Assembly: GCF_022539665.2 (NCBI RefSeq)
Contig: NC_081332.1
Coordinates: 3,782,001-3,846,000, forward strand
Direction of reading: 5' to 3'
Length of the DNA stretch: 64,000 nucleotides
Origin: Daphnia carinata
Lineage: Eukaryota
Shown here: piece by piece, positions 1 through 12,800 of the stretch
How the letters are laid out: every line of letters begins with the position of its first letter
How positions within the stretch are numbered: the first letter of the stretch is position 1
Translations under genes and position numbers: made by a program
Notes under the pieces: generated by a model
The model's database searches: none
What the model saw: only the letters and a program-made list of their open reading frames with translations
What the model was told of the DNA's origin: nothing

Positions 1-41
1 AATTGTTACGTTTAATTAATGCTTTTTTGTTATTTCTATAC

Positions 42-108
42 CTTACTGGATTTGAACCTCAAACTTCTCACACCGTAATTGGATCCTCTACATATACGCC
101 ATGATACA
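42..108 (-). pseudogene. tRNA-like element (degenerate), copy A
   Basis: Minus strand reads TGGCGTATATGTAGAG (A-box-like) ... GGTTCAAATCC (perfect B box) at tRNA spacing; stems poorly paired. Confidence 0.5.
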
Positions 109-212
109 CATACACTTACTGGTCAGACTGACAAATAGTATAGCAAGATTAAAACATTAACTATACAATATTTTCGTGCGTTGACTCAAGGTATAAAACA
201 TTGAAATTGTAA

Positions 213-282
213 GTGACTACAGCTCAATGGTTGAGCATCTGCAAGCTACGCCGAATATTAGGGTTCAATACCCCATAGTTAC
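213..282 (+). pseudogene. tRNA-like element with near-complete cloverleaf, copy B
   Basis: GTGACTA/TAGTTAC acceptor stem (7 bp incl. one G-U), GCTC/GAGC D stem, TCTGC/GCCGA anticodon stem (one mismatch), TAGGG-TTCAATA-CCCCA T arm; loop AAGCTAC lacks the canonical U33, so not a normal tRNA. Confidence 0.65.
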
Positions 283-2467
283 TGAAAATTCAGAGCATGT
301 ACAATTGTGTATAGTTGTTGTATGTAGTGTCAATAGTGTTGTGTTTCAGTAGTAATAAATTGTGTATAATGAATGTGTAAATGTTTCCCAGATATTCAAA
401 ATACAGAAAATTAAACAATAAAACATAAATCGGTTCTTCTAGTCTGCATTGTGTTAAATCAAAGTATAATCGTCACTAAATTAATACAAACAATCCTTTC
501 ACGCGGGAGAGAGTAGACACCAGAGTAAATAAAATATTAAATTAATTAAATAAAAAATTAAGTAATAAAAACAACAAAAAGTACAATAACATCAAAAAAT
601 AGAAAAGTTCCATCATTCGATTTATCCATGAATTTCAGTGTTTGAACAGTCATTAAAAAGAGTATCTTTTGTTCAAGACAGTGTAAATCCAAGATGAAGT
701 CTCATTTGTTGCAAGATTAGCTCAGCCTGTTTACTGATTTTAGAACATGACATTGTGACAGAGTTGACAAGGTCACGGACGAGACTGAGCATTTTCATGT
801 ACAAACATTTTAACAGCGTTGCAAAGTATCTAATATTGCTAAGGGAAACCGCCCGACTTAAATTCATTATTTATTATTTACATATTTATTTATACTTACT
901 TATTTGATTCGATCGGGTTGTCATAATTTACGGAGCAGATAACGGGCTGTTGTTTTATTAGCCCCGTCAATTTTTCTTGGATATGTAATCCGATCACAAG
1001 CGACTAGCGTGTTTTGAACGCAATCGTTATTAATAAAACTACATCAACTAAATACCAAGCGCGATTATTATTAATGTTCGTAACCTATTTCCAATAACCT
1101 AAACCCCAATGTTTATTTTTTCTAAATATTTTTAATAATTAAAAAATATTCAACACTTAAATAATTAAGGTACAGATTTCTCATAAATAATTACTATCAT
1201 TATAGAACAACTCAAGTAACATAGTTACAATCTTCTTTCTTACAATGACCGTCAACGATTATTTAATCTAATACCAATATTCCCCATCCGGCACATTAGA
1301 AGTGCTTTATATTTTACATCGGTTGTTTATATTATTTACAAATCCCCAGTTCATTTAACAGCTGTTATCCTAGCCAGTTTGTATAAAAAAAAATAATAAT
1401 AAAACATATCCAGCTTGGAGAAGATTCAAATTCTCCGAATTACTGCACCATCATTTCAAGCAATGACCTACACTAATGCATATCGCTTGCAGGTGAACGA
1501 ACTACTGTGATTTTCTTTTTCTTTTTTAAGTGAAATTAATGGAATGAACTACAACTTACGGTTCGGGTCTGATTTTCCCGACCAAGGATTTCTACTATAC
1601 CCTTGATTTTCCCTTCTATGGTCAAGGCTTTATATATTGATACCTTATAGTCGCATGCTGTATTATACCCCACTAACATTTTAACCCTGCGGCAAGTCAA
1701 TGATGATTTGTTTGATTTGCGTTCACTTCACGTCTTCAATATTCTAAAATAATCAAAGCTGAATTAAATGCTGAATAAAGAATCGTTAACATGAAATTGT
1801 TAAATATGTACCGGTATCTTTGGTTTGCCTAACTTTCTGCACTCAGAAAAAACTGCTGTGAAGAGCTCCATGTTCAGACATATTTGTGAGATAATGTTGC
1901 AATACATCCAATTCGTTGAGGAATACTGTAGGACCAGAGTCAGCCCCACAAACCCGTATTGCTCGAGCCGGTTGCTTGCACAGCGGGTTGTTCGTTCTTA
2001 TCTATGGAACAGGTTGGAGGGGTTACTGCCCCATCACGTTTTTATCGGGTTGTCGGTGTTACCGTTTAGCAACCCTATCACACGCGATTAATTATTTTTG
2101 TACTCAGATATTATTCGAGTCACTAGACCATACTCAAAAGAAATGAGTACGCAGTGATATATTAATAATGTTTTACTAGTTGTTTTAGAAGCAATTAGTG
2201 TTAGAAAACCTGCGCCAACTAAATACTTAGCATGAAACCAATGTAAGCTGGGCTACATTACCTGATACACTAATCCCAACCCGGTGCAAAAAACACAGTA
2301 AAGTGCTATACAGGTGTAGTGAATTTGCGTGCTGAGTGAAAGTTAGAACGATAAGTCATAATGCTTAGAGGAAAATAACGGTAAGGAATTAAGGACAAGG
2401 GCAACACATTTATATCTCACACGAATAACACGGAATAAAGTAGAAAAATGCCAATAGGCAATACTCA

Positions 2468-3860
2468 ACCGTACCAGCTTAATTTTTCCATCGACCTAAG
2501 GGCGCGAATCTCAGGGATGGACGCCAATTCCCGTTGCTCCAACGACGAGCCACATTTAGTAACCCTCTTGGGCGAAAACGGACCCTGCGAAATATATAAA
2601 AAAAAAAAAACATTGATTAGATAAACGTGTAAAAAATACACCTGAAACATCCATGGCGACGATCTTGTTGCTCCAACGCCAATCATCGATACGCAGCACC
2701 CTCTTGGCTGGTGGTAAGGCCCTCCTAAATGCACAAAAACAAAATTAAATCATAGCGTAAAACTTCAAACTTTGAATTAATCACTGGACTATTTGGGCAA
2801 CAATCCTTGTAGCTCCGACAGCTATCCTTGATGTCCAGCGTCCTCTTCGATGGTGGTGACGCCCTCCTATAAATACACAAAAAAATAAATAAAATCATAG
2901 TGTAAAACTTACAACTTTCAATGAAATACTTGATAATTTTAAGCGACAACCCTGGTTGATCCGACAGCGAACCACGTTGTCCAATGATCCTCTTCGGCGA
3001 CAATGACACCTTCCTAAACACATAAAAAAACAACATAAAGCAATGGTCTATGAATTAATGATAAAAATTATCAAGGAAATACTTGACAATTTTAGGCGAC
3101 GATCCTGGTGGCTCCGACGGCGAACCTCGTTGTCCAGTTGCCCTCTTCGGTGGTGATATGGACCATCCTAAGTACATTAAAAAAAAAAACATGATTAGAC
3201 ACTTAAACGTGTAAAACATATACCTGTAATATCCATTGCGACGATCTTGTTGCTCCAGCGGCGATCCTCGACATCCAGCATCCTCTTCTATGGTGGTGAG
3301 GCCCTAAAAAACATAAAAACAAATAGAATCATAAATCAAAACCCAAGACTTTCAATTAAATACTTCACAATTTTGGGCGACAATTCCTGATCGACGCCGA
3401 ACCTCGTTGTCTAGTGACCCACCTCGGTGATGATGTAGACTATCCCAAATACATATTTTAAAAAACACGATTAGGCACTTAAAATTGTTAAAGTTACCTG
3501 GCATTCCTTGGCGACTTTGGCGGCGATTCTCGACGTCCAGTAATCCTCCTCGGTGCTGTTGCCAACCCTCCTATACACAGATTAATACATAGAACATGAC
3601 AAGACACTTAAAGTTTTTTATATATACCTTGCAAATTTTGGGCTACGAGCCTGGCTATAACTCTCGTTGACCAACGATCCTCTTCGGTGGAGATGTAGCC
3701 TTCCTAGAAACAATATAAGAAAAAAACAAAAAAAAACATGGCGAGATACTGAATTTTTGAATATATACCTCAGAATCCTAGGCGATATTCCAGTGGCTGC
3801 GACGGCGATTCTCGTTGCACAGTGTCCTCTTCGGCCTCAGGTTACCCTCCTGATTGTACA
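2468..3860 (-). repeat. Array of ~10 diverged ~140 bp units, each a GC-richer ~80-90 bp exon-like block plus an AT-rich ~60 bp intron-like block
   Basis: Recurrent ggcgacgatc...ctcc(a/g)acg...gtcca...cctcttcgg core; most units are bounded on the minus strand by (T)n..YAG acceptors and GT donors; translations such as RALPPAKRVLRIDD, RASPPSKRTLDIKD, KVSLSPKRIIGQRG, GPFSPKRVTK. Confidence 0.75.
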
Positions 3861-5720
3861 GAAGCGAGAAAAACAAACAAACAAAGCTTTTGAATATTTG
3901 AACAGCAACGAGTGTCATCTTAATTCTAACAGGATTAGGTACACAAATTACAGTTACACTGGATAAAACTTTCCTGAAAATAAATTGGTTATTAATCGTT
4001 CGATAATGATCAGGTTGTTTGGATTGGCGGTTCATGTGGAAATTGTGTGAAAAAGTCGAAATGTACGGTTTGTAGTAAGAAAACGGTTTGCGAGCGACGA
4101 CTACGGTTAATAATTGCATAAAACAGTGAATGAAAATGGCTAAGATAGTGTTGTGCAAACGTAACGAATTTAGGTGGGCTACGCTTACGCCTTACTTAAA
4201 GTAGTCTTACTCTTAACTTTAGACCTACTTATCCTTAACTTAATCTATGTCTATCTAGACTTATACTACCCAACTAAACAAGGCCAGTGCAGAGGCTAAC
4301 CCAGGTGCTGATGCAGTGCGTTATTGATGCGTAATTGATGAATCTACAAATTGCGAACGCTGGGCGCACGTGCGAAAGTTCTAAGAATAATTAGACGTGG
4401 ATTGCAAGCAACAAATCTACACTAGTGCACCGCGTGCAGGTAAAAGAGCTACTGAACTTCTAGCTTCTTTTTTTCTCTCCCCCCCCCCCCTATCCTTTTT
4501 TGTGTATGCCAGAGGTTCTTCATCTGTTTTAGGTACTTGGAAACAAACAAAAAAAAGCAGAAAAAAAAAAAAAGAAAATCAAAGTACCGTAGGGTTAAAC
4601 GATGGGGAATGGCTATAACCTCGGGCTCACTTGGAAATAAAAATTTGTTCTTCTACCTATCGACCTTCAGAATTAGGTCCCTCTACCCTACACTCTACTT
4701 CAGGGAAAGCAATAATGTGGCACGTGTCTGCGAGTATTTAAGGCGTCGTCTAGACGCTAGATAATCACATTCGTACGCAGTCTTGTCTCTACAAATGTAC
4801 CACAACTAAAACACCCTCGTCGATCGATTCCCCGTCAGGTAAGTTGAATTTATGCTAACTCGCTTCATTATCCTTTTAATTGTAGAAAGTAAGAAGATAT
4901 CTCAACTTCTATTAAATTAGCTCTAAATCTGTTAGCAAACTAATATTGAATTAATTCAAACTCTTACCATTACTATTCCATTTCTTTAACGAGCGACAAT
5001 TTTCCAGTCGTGTGTGAATAGGCGCTGAAGAGTTTGCCCGGACCGTCTTTCAAACTGCATCAAATGAGCAATTGAAAATTGTTAAGTACCACTAGTTATT
5101 AAAAATATTAATACAATTATTTTACATTTGGTAAGAACACATTGACATACTTTTTATAACTATAATTACACTTACCAAATGTTAAATATGTTAATTTATA
5201 TCAATATATTAATGAATTCAGTCAAACCTGTACTTTACTCAGTCAACAAATTTACTATAGTAATATGCTAAAAAAAAATATATACATACTAACAATTACC
5301 TTTTGTTTGAAATATAAAAGTTGCTCAACTGCTAGTCTTCTAATTCATAGTGTTAGTAGCATATTTATTATCCCAGAAATCTAGGGATATTAAATGAAGA
5401 TAAATAAATTGTTCTAGACGAAGTTCTAGACACAATGTCTGGATCCTCACACAGAAACATTTTATCATCCAGCAAACCAAACATCCTAGTGCTGCAATTT
5501 GTCATCATCCTGTTACAGCTACTTTCAACAGCTAGAAAGACATTTATTACAATAAAAGTGGAAAGCCAGTGCATAAAGGAATAGCTCTCATTACCTACCA
5601 CCAACACTTTTTACACATTTAAACTATTACCTAAAAACAAATAAAAATTTCACTTGAAATGCTATGGGGCAGTTTTAACAAATACACAGAGCAAAATAGT
5701 TACCGACATAATTTCCATAC

Positions 5721-5812
5721 AATGAAGAGGGTAAAAGAAGATGTAATGAGATTCAGCTATTCACCTAATGAAGAGGGTAAAAGAAGATGAAATGAGATTC
5801 AACTATACACCT
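5721..5812. repeat. Tandem duplication of a 46 bp unit
   Basis: aatgaagagggtaaaagaagatg(t/a)aatgagattca(g/a)ctat(t/a)cacct occurs twice head to tail. Confidence 0.85.
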
Positions 5813-8540
5813 ATGCTTTAACAGGAGTGTCATTAAAAGATAATTAAACATTTCCACGACCGTCAAAATGTCAAATTGTAAGACCAAAAAAGCAAAACGG
5901 GAAGGAAACTGGGCGATTACATGCTGCACATACCTTTACGTTGATTCACACGCGAACCAAGAACTGCCCACATTTTCAAAAATAATCTCGAAATACTCGC
6001 TTTTCGCTCAAAAGTTACGATGTTGTCAAACGAGTCACAGGCGCACGAACACACACTTTGGATTTCGTCTGCTGCTGGTGGGTGCTTGTCGCCGATACAA
6101 ATGTTCCACCTGTGGCGATTTGGCAGGAGATCCATCAATCCTTCAACGCTGTGGTAAACAGGGCGTCCTTTGACTCGCCATTCTTTCAGTCGCAACACCT
6201 GAAATTCCTGGAACAAAATCTCACATGTGATGCAAGTGTATGTTACCTGTGTTAAAAATGAGTTCGAAATGTATGTTAGGAAAAACTATTTCCAACTGTA
6301 ATAAAACTATTACCAAATGCATACCAATTGTTAGATTTGCCAATCTGTTTTTTGTGAGTACCTGACGAAAAGTTTACTCCAAGTGGCTTCCAAACTGCAT
6401 CAGAAAAACTGAAATAAATTATATTCCACTAAATAAAAAGCTGAATTAAATTATAACTAAATTTATAAAACATATAATAGTAGCATACTAAATGTTAGCT
6501 GTGTGAAGAGTCACCGTTGTGAATGTTTGTCACATTACCCTGGTACTTCTGCATGGAAATACAAATTATTCTTGGAAATTATGTTAATTTGGTATCAAAC
6601 ATAATAAAAAATTTGTCAATTTGATGAATATAATTCTACTTGTATCCGGGTAATAATATTATTACTAAAATGTTTCGTTACCTACATGCCCATTCCACAC
6701 AACTACCTATGACAAAACAACAATGACAAGGTATTTTTCGCGAATACAGGTTCTCAGCACGAAGAAGACAATTTCGACAGAACGATGTGCAATAAAATTC
6801 CGAAACTGGGCAACAGCAGAGTTAATAACTATATGACGGTATAAAAACGACTGTAAACGACAACGGTATCGAAAGAAATCTGCTAATAAGCCATTGCATG
6901 CTGCACAATCTTTCTTACCCGTGCTTTTCTTGTTCTTAATCACACTCGCTTCTGATAAGTTTAACGTCAAACCCGAATGTTCCACAAAGTCAACGAGATA
7001 ACTTTGATCAACACTTCTGTAAAAGAAAAAAATTTAAATTCATCCAATAAGAAAAAATTCCTGAAACATTGCTTGCCTTATATCTGATCCAACTGTCCAT
7101 TAATGCCATTAGTAAAGTAAAGATCAATATGATATGAATGTAGTAAGTGCAAGGCCACATCTTACAGATACATCAACAGCTGTGTTTTGATATCCCAAGT
7201 ATCCACAATTCCTGTGCAACAAATAAAGAAATTAATTTATCAAGCATCAGGTAACCAGCCATCATGTGTTCGAGCTAGTCAATATGGGCCGAAATTCCAA
7301 TGGAAGAATGCTGTTAAGATAACCTGCACGTACTTGCAGCAAATGGCTCGTTTTTCTGCAACCATTACAGCCCTTTATTAGATCCCCTCAGTATTGATCT
7401 AGGGTCACTGAGAGGACACGCACAGCATCCATCGATATGAAGATCACACCCGATGATAGTTCACTTTCCTACAATGCAAATGAAAGAAAACTATTATGGC
7501 ATAATCAAAGGAAAAATTAACAGTAATAAAGAAAAACTAATAGTGAATAAACGGTAGAAGTTAGAGTTGAAAAATTTATCTGATGAAAGAATTCTCACTA
7601 AAATAAAATCATGGTGTTACTGATAAACTTCAGAGAAGATTGTTTCCATACCTTCCCATTCACAATGGATGAAAGCCCATCTTGATGTTTACAGGCGATT
7701 GCATATCTTCGGTTAGATAGTCACTGTTCTCATGAGCATGAGCACAGCAGGAGTACTAGGCTTCTTTTTGGACAACATAATCTCCAGGTAATGTAATGAA
7801 GCCACATTGCATACCTAGAAAAACCTATTTGGTTTGGAGACAAAAATTTCTTTAAAAGTTATGGATGAAGAGAAAGCTAAGCGACTAGCTCATCCAGGTC
7901 CAAACATGAAAATCAGCAATGAAAAATCAGGTCGAGAGTTGACACAGTACACTTATGACATCCCAGTCATCACTCCATGGTTGAAAAGGTTCTTAGTCAC
8001 TACATTCAACACACCATTTCCTAAAAGATTTGCTTCAACATTTTTTTTAAGTACAATATTAAAAACTTGGTTGGTTACTTGCTGTCTCTGCCATCCTATC
8101 AGCCAGACTTATAGAATAGGAAGACCAGAAGCTAGTGTGGAAAGTCGTAAGGTACAAATTGGAAAACAGCAGCACTTTGAATGTCCTTAGCTCAGTTACC
8201 AACAGCTTGATGACAAAAACAATTTATCAAAGTTTCTCCTATTTCAGCAACTGGTTGCTAACATGTAGCTTCTCCATCAGAGTTCTTCATCGTGCAACAG
8301 TATGCACAATATGCAACAACATGTATGATATATGTAATTACCTTATTTATTGCTTTTTCGTGCATGACCTCCATGGAGTTTCAAATACTTGAATACCAAC
8401 TTTGAATTTAGTAAACCAGGAATTTTAAGACGACTATCCTTATATGGTTGATCGGCGAGAACGATTGGCTTGACTACGTGTTCCTCTTCGACACCCTGTC
8501 GGCTGTTCGTTCCTCATTGGATTTGTTAGTTTCTTTCAGG

Positions 8541-8893
8541 CATGGCCTACTATAATAACGGCCAGCAAGCGCGCAATACCCCCTGCGCCTAAAAACTAAA
8601 TTGCCAGAGGGGCCTAATACCCCAAACCGAGCTCCACTTTCCACTGTTTGGTAACTAATACCAGAATTGAAATGAGAGGAAAAACCAGTGGAAAGTGCAA
8701 TTCTGTTTGAGGTACTACGACAGTAGTACCTCTCCACCATTGCTAATCAGTGGAAAAAGTAAAAGAAATAGGAATGGGTGGGATGAAGCTGTAGAAAGTG
8801 GACTTCGATTTGAGGTATTAGGCCCCTCTGGCAATTCAGTTTTAGGCGCAGGGGGTATTGAGCGCTTGCTGGCCGTTATTATAGTAGGCCATG
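8541..8893. mobile_element. Non-autonomous DNA transposon (MITE), ~105 bp TIRs, 8-bp TSD; P-element-like (hAT not excluded)
   Basis: Begins CATGGCCTACTATAATAACGGCCAGCAAGCGC and ends GCGCTTGCTGGCCGTTATTATAGTAGGCCATG; flanked by the direct repeat CTTTCAGG at 8533-8540 and 8894-8901. Confidence 0.85.
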
Positions 8894-8905
8894 CTTTCAG
8901 GACAT

Positions 8906-9069
8906 GCGTATTTTAAGCCAAATTTGAAATTTGGCCAAAAATGAAGAAGCAAGAAGGCCTTCTAATGTATTTTTAACCAAATCTAGAATTTGATGAAAAT
9001 TGAAAAAGTGAGAAGGCCTTCCTACTTTTTCATTTTTGGCCAAATTTCAAAATTGGCTGAAAATACATG
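8906..9069. repeat. Imperfect inverted repeat (foldback), ~58 bp arms
   Basis: gtattttaagccaaatttgaaatttggccaaaaatgaagaagcaagaaggccttct pairs with agaaggccttcctactttttcatttttggccaaatttcaaaattggctgaaaatac. Confidence 0.8.
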
Positions 9070-9159
9070 ATTTCGATGCAGAATGAAATGCTAATCACGA
9101 TTATAAAGTTTATTTTTTAATTGGTTTTATAGTTTTTTAATTAAACAAAAAAACGGAAA

Positions 9160-9490
9160 GTCGGGCTTATTTTTTCGGGCTTATTTTGTTGGGCTTAATT
9201 TTTTTCCCTATTAAAAAATAATATCATTAAATCTAGATAACTATACATGATTTTGATTCAAAATTCACCAAGGAACACGAAAATAGAATTTGTTTTTACG
9301 TAGGGTTTATAGTTTTTGAATAATCTAAAATATTGATATGTCACGCTAGCGCTGGGGCGTACTGGCGCGCCAGTTAGTTTTCGATTCGGTATATTCCTAA
9401 AACGGTTGGTTTTATGAAAAAAGTAATAATTTCTCGGAATCAGCATTTTATTTTGAGTATATCCTGTGATGTTTACCCAATTCCAGGGAG
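9160..9490. repeat. Interspersed repeat fragment shared (inverted) with 60455-60665
   Basis: Reverse complement of 9383-9486 (ggaattgggtaaacatcacaggatatactcaaaataaaatgctgattccgagaaattattac...) aligns with 60541-60640 (ggaattggttgaatttcacaggatatattcaaaattgaatgctgattccgggaaaattgctat...); both carry CGGGCTT repeats. Confidence 0.7.
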
Positions 9491-9614
9491 GGTCAGTTTT
9501 TGCAAGTTTTGGAGGTAAAATTCCCACGGTCATTTAAAATTTGAAGCTTAAAATTTGGGTTTGGATTTTGATGAAGCCCTACCTAATGATTAGATGAACT
9601 TCGTTTTTATAATG

Positions 9615-9620
9615 TTTATT
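9615..9620 (-). terminator. Candidate polyadenylation signal of the cadherin gene
   Basis: TTTATT (AATAAA on the minus strand) about 260 bp after the cadherin stop codon. Confidence 0.45.
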
Positions 9621-9877
9621 CAACAAGATCTTTGTACAACATTAAACAAAGAAAAACTTTGCATAAGGTTCTCTAAGGGATTTAAAACATAGATAATGTT
9701 GGTCTCTGCCATTTTCCGTTGCATTTTTATCGTTTCATCGTAATACAAAATCGAAATTGACTATTATCACACGGCGAACGTAAAGCTGTAAAAACCCACA
9801 GACTTTCCTATTTCTTTTGCAGCGAGCTGTTTTCATTTTAGCTGTGAGGAATCGAGGAGTCGATGACGCTGTACAAT

Positions 9878-12800
9878 CTAAAGTTCAGTGGTTTCCAGTT
9901 TTCTTGGTGACAGGAAAGTAGTACTGCTACTTGTGCTGCCCTTGTCCTGCTGAAACACAGGATATCCAAAATGGTACACGTTCCTCTGATACAGACCTTT
10001 GCCCACAGTTATTTCACAATCCTCTTCCTTGACCTCACCAATTTCGCACTCTTTTTCGCTAAGCGTAACGTTTCCAACAGATTTATTAGATCGAATGGAG
10101 TTGGCATTTCGCTGTAGGATACTCCTATAATAAATATTTGTGCGGATGTTACCAATAGCTTTTTAAGAATTTTACACGAAACGTAGAAAAACAAACCTGT
10201 TAAATGCTTCGGTTGTAGTGGACTTTAGGCTGGCCGTGTTCGCGTCGCTTGAGTTTCTCGATGTCGGCGGCGCATTCCCCAAAATTGCGTTGACATCCAA
10301 CGAATCTAGGCCGTCACTTTCACCGGATCTGCTACATACGTACACCAATCTCAGTTGCCAATACAGCAACAATTAACGTATAACGTCTTACCTGTAGATA
10401 TCCTCATGTTTAAACCATTCAGGTTCTAATTCACTCCGCCAAACGGGATTCGATCCTTCGACAGTGTGCTGGTTCGTGTTTGGTACTTGGTTGCTAGTAC
10501 GGTTGACGTTTGACTGCGAACCAAAAGCCGTGGCGGACGCAGCTTTCAGCTTGCGCATCAAAATAAAACGCTGCGAAACGCATAATCCCAAAACGAGGAG
10601 AAGGATCATGGCAAGGAATACTGCTGTCCCACTGGCCCACAGCAGTGAGAAGTTTTGCGGGCTGCTTGTCAATGCATCACCTAGTGGTTCTGCTGCAGAG
10701 GTATCCAGTACATTGTAATCCTAAAGAACGAGGGAAAAACAAGAATAATAAATAAAAAGATATGGAAAGAGAGTCCACTAGTTAAAGCCGAATTCAATCG
10801 AGTACCTTAAAGAGTTGATCTAACGATTCAACGTTGGCGTCTATTAGTCGCAATACAGCATCCACTTCCATAACTGAGTTATCATTGGCATTGACAAAAT
10901 GCAAGTAGGCGTCCGTTCGAGTCTTGTCAAGTTGCCCGTCCTCATTAGAATGTACTTTCAGCTCATCCACGTTGACGATTGCTCCAGTAATATTTCCTAG
11001 TGCCCTTCGGATTCAATTGCCGATTTAATTAATGCAATTAATAAATTTTTGATGATGAAACCTACTCTTTAAATTGGTCTATGCGTGTTCGAAGAAACTG
11101 GGGATGTTGCCTCAACACGAACTTGACTCGTTGATCGTGACGTAAAAGATAAACCAACACTCGGGCACTATCACTATAGCCATCAGAATCGTTGACATAT
11201 ACCTAGGATTAGAATAAAGTTAAAGGGATAAATTTAAAGGTCCATCTATTACAGAATGCGTGGCTTTCAAAATAAACATTATTTGTATGCGTGAAATAAC
11301 GAGAAAATACCTCCATGTCAAAATAACCCTTCATGTCTCTTTGCGGGTCGAAATTGAGTGAAACGATCCCAGTTTCTCGATCGATGACAAACGGATTAAC
11401 ACCAATATGCTCTTCTTGACCATTACGTGACAACAGCGTCGACTTAACGGGTTTGCGAATACTGTAACTTAGTTTGGCATTGAGACCGACGTCTGGATCG
11501 GTGGCAATAACTCTTACAACTTCGGATCCAAAATCTGCATCAGTCGTCAGTCCGGCTGTAAACACCTCTGTAAAAACATAAGCACATCAGTTAAGTAGCC
11601 GATTCCGGCTAAACGAATCCATGGAATTGCTGTCGTACTTCTCTCAAACGTAGGTGGATTATCATTAATGTCTTTTAAATTGACAACGACTTTCAGTAAC
11701 GAATCGTCAGCTGGATCGAAGGAATCGATCACATCCGGATCAAGATCGCAATTTTCGCTGGCTTTAACGACGATTATATGCGAGGCTTGCTCTTCACGAT
11801 CCAATGTCTTTTCAACCTGAAATTAGAGGCTTAGTGCTTGTTGTTTACGTCAGAACTTTGAGGAATAAGCCTTACTGTTAAAGTGTGCTGAAAGCGGTCA
11901 AGGCTAAATGCGCCCTGTTGGTTGCCCCCAACGATGTAATAACAGACGGGATCTCGAGCACTAAGCAGTTCATCCGGTTCATCTAAATCAACCGTTTCCG
12001 GCAATTGGATGGGATCGGTCGATGGATCATGTTCTAGAAAAAAAAAAAAAAAAGCAATGAATACTGATGGACGTTTAACAGATTTGTGCTTCTTAATACC
12101 AGTAATGTTGATCTGGAAGATATCCAATGGGAATTGCGGTTGATGGTCGTTAATATTGCGAACGTAAATAGTCAAATCCAAATCCGTCGAAAGCCAAGTT
12201 GGAATTCCCGAATCTCGGGCCTCGATTCTTATCTTTAGAAATAAAAAAACAAACGATTAATTTCGATGTCGCTATGACAACTACACGATATCTTAGAAGT
12301 GACATTACTTGAAGAAGTTTTTGTTTTTCGCGATCAAGAGGCTGCAGCAACGTAATTTCACCCGTAACGCTGTCTATTCCAAACCACTTCCAATTGCCAA
12401 CGAGTCGTATTGAATAGCGCACTTGACTATTCAGTCCGGCATCTTCATCAATGGCTGATACAGAAGTGATGATCGAACCGACCGTAGTGTTCTCATAGAC
12501 GCGGAATGTAGTATTGTTCTGTTCCGGTCGGACAAACACAGGAGCGTGATCGTTGTAATCGCTCACGCAGAGCTCCACATCCTGAAAGGCGACGTTGGGC
12601 ACTGGGCCTCGATCTTGAGCTCTTACTCGCAACGTATAATTGCCGTGATGTCCAACCAAGGGTTGAACTGCAATTAGTCGGGCGCTGCTGTGGTCGATGC
12701 TGCTGACGCTAAACAGGCCTCTGCCATTCCCTTCTTGGATGGAGAAGACAATATGGCCGTTTGGAGTGGTCGGGTCGTCACGATCGCTAGCGTGAATGGT

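Noticed and set aside
213..282. Functional tRNA-Ser(GCT); likewise tRNA-Ala(TGC) at 57894-57964
   Set aside because: Copy B lacks U33 and the long variable arm of tRNA-Ser; copy G has no acceptor-stem pairing.
2468..3860. CRISPR-like repeat/spacer array
   Set aside because: Eukaryotic context, units highly diverged, no invariant repeat and no cas genes; splice signals explain the periodicity better.
4273..4286. AACTAAACAAGGCC, resembling a PIF/Harbinger (Tourist) right terminus
   Set aside because: No matching left end found in the window and no TWA target duplication.
10009..10194. ORF-track peptide ending RKRIVK as the cadherin C-terminus
   Set aside because: Splice phase at 10124 selects another frame, which runs to KLETTEL-stop at 9878.
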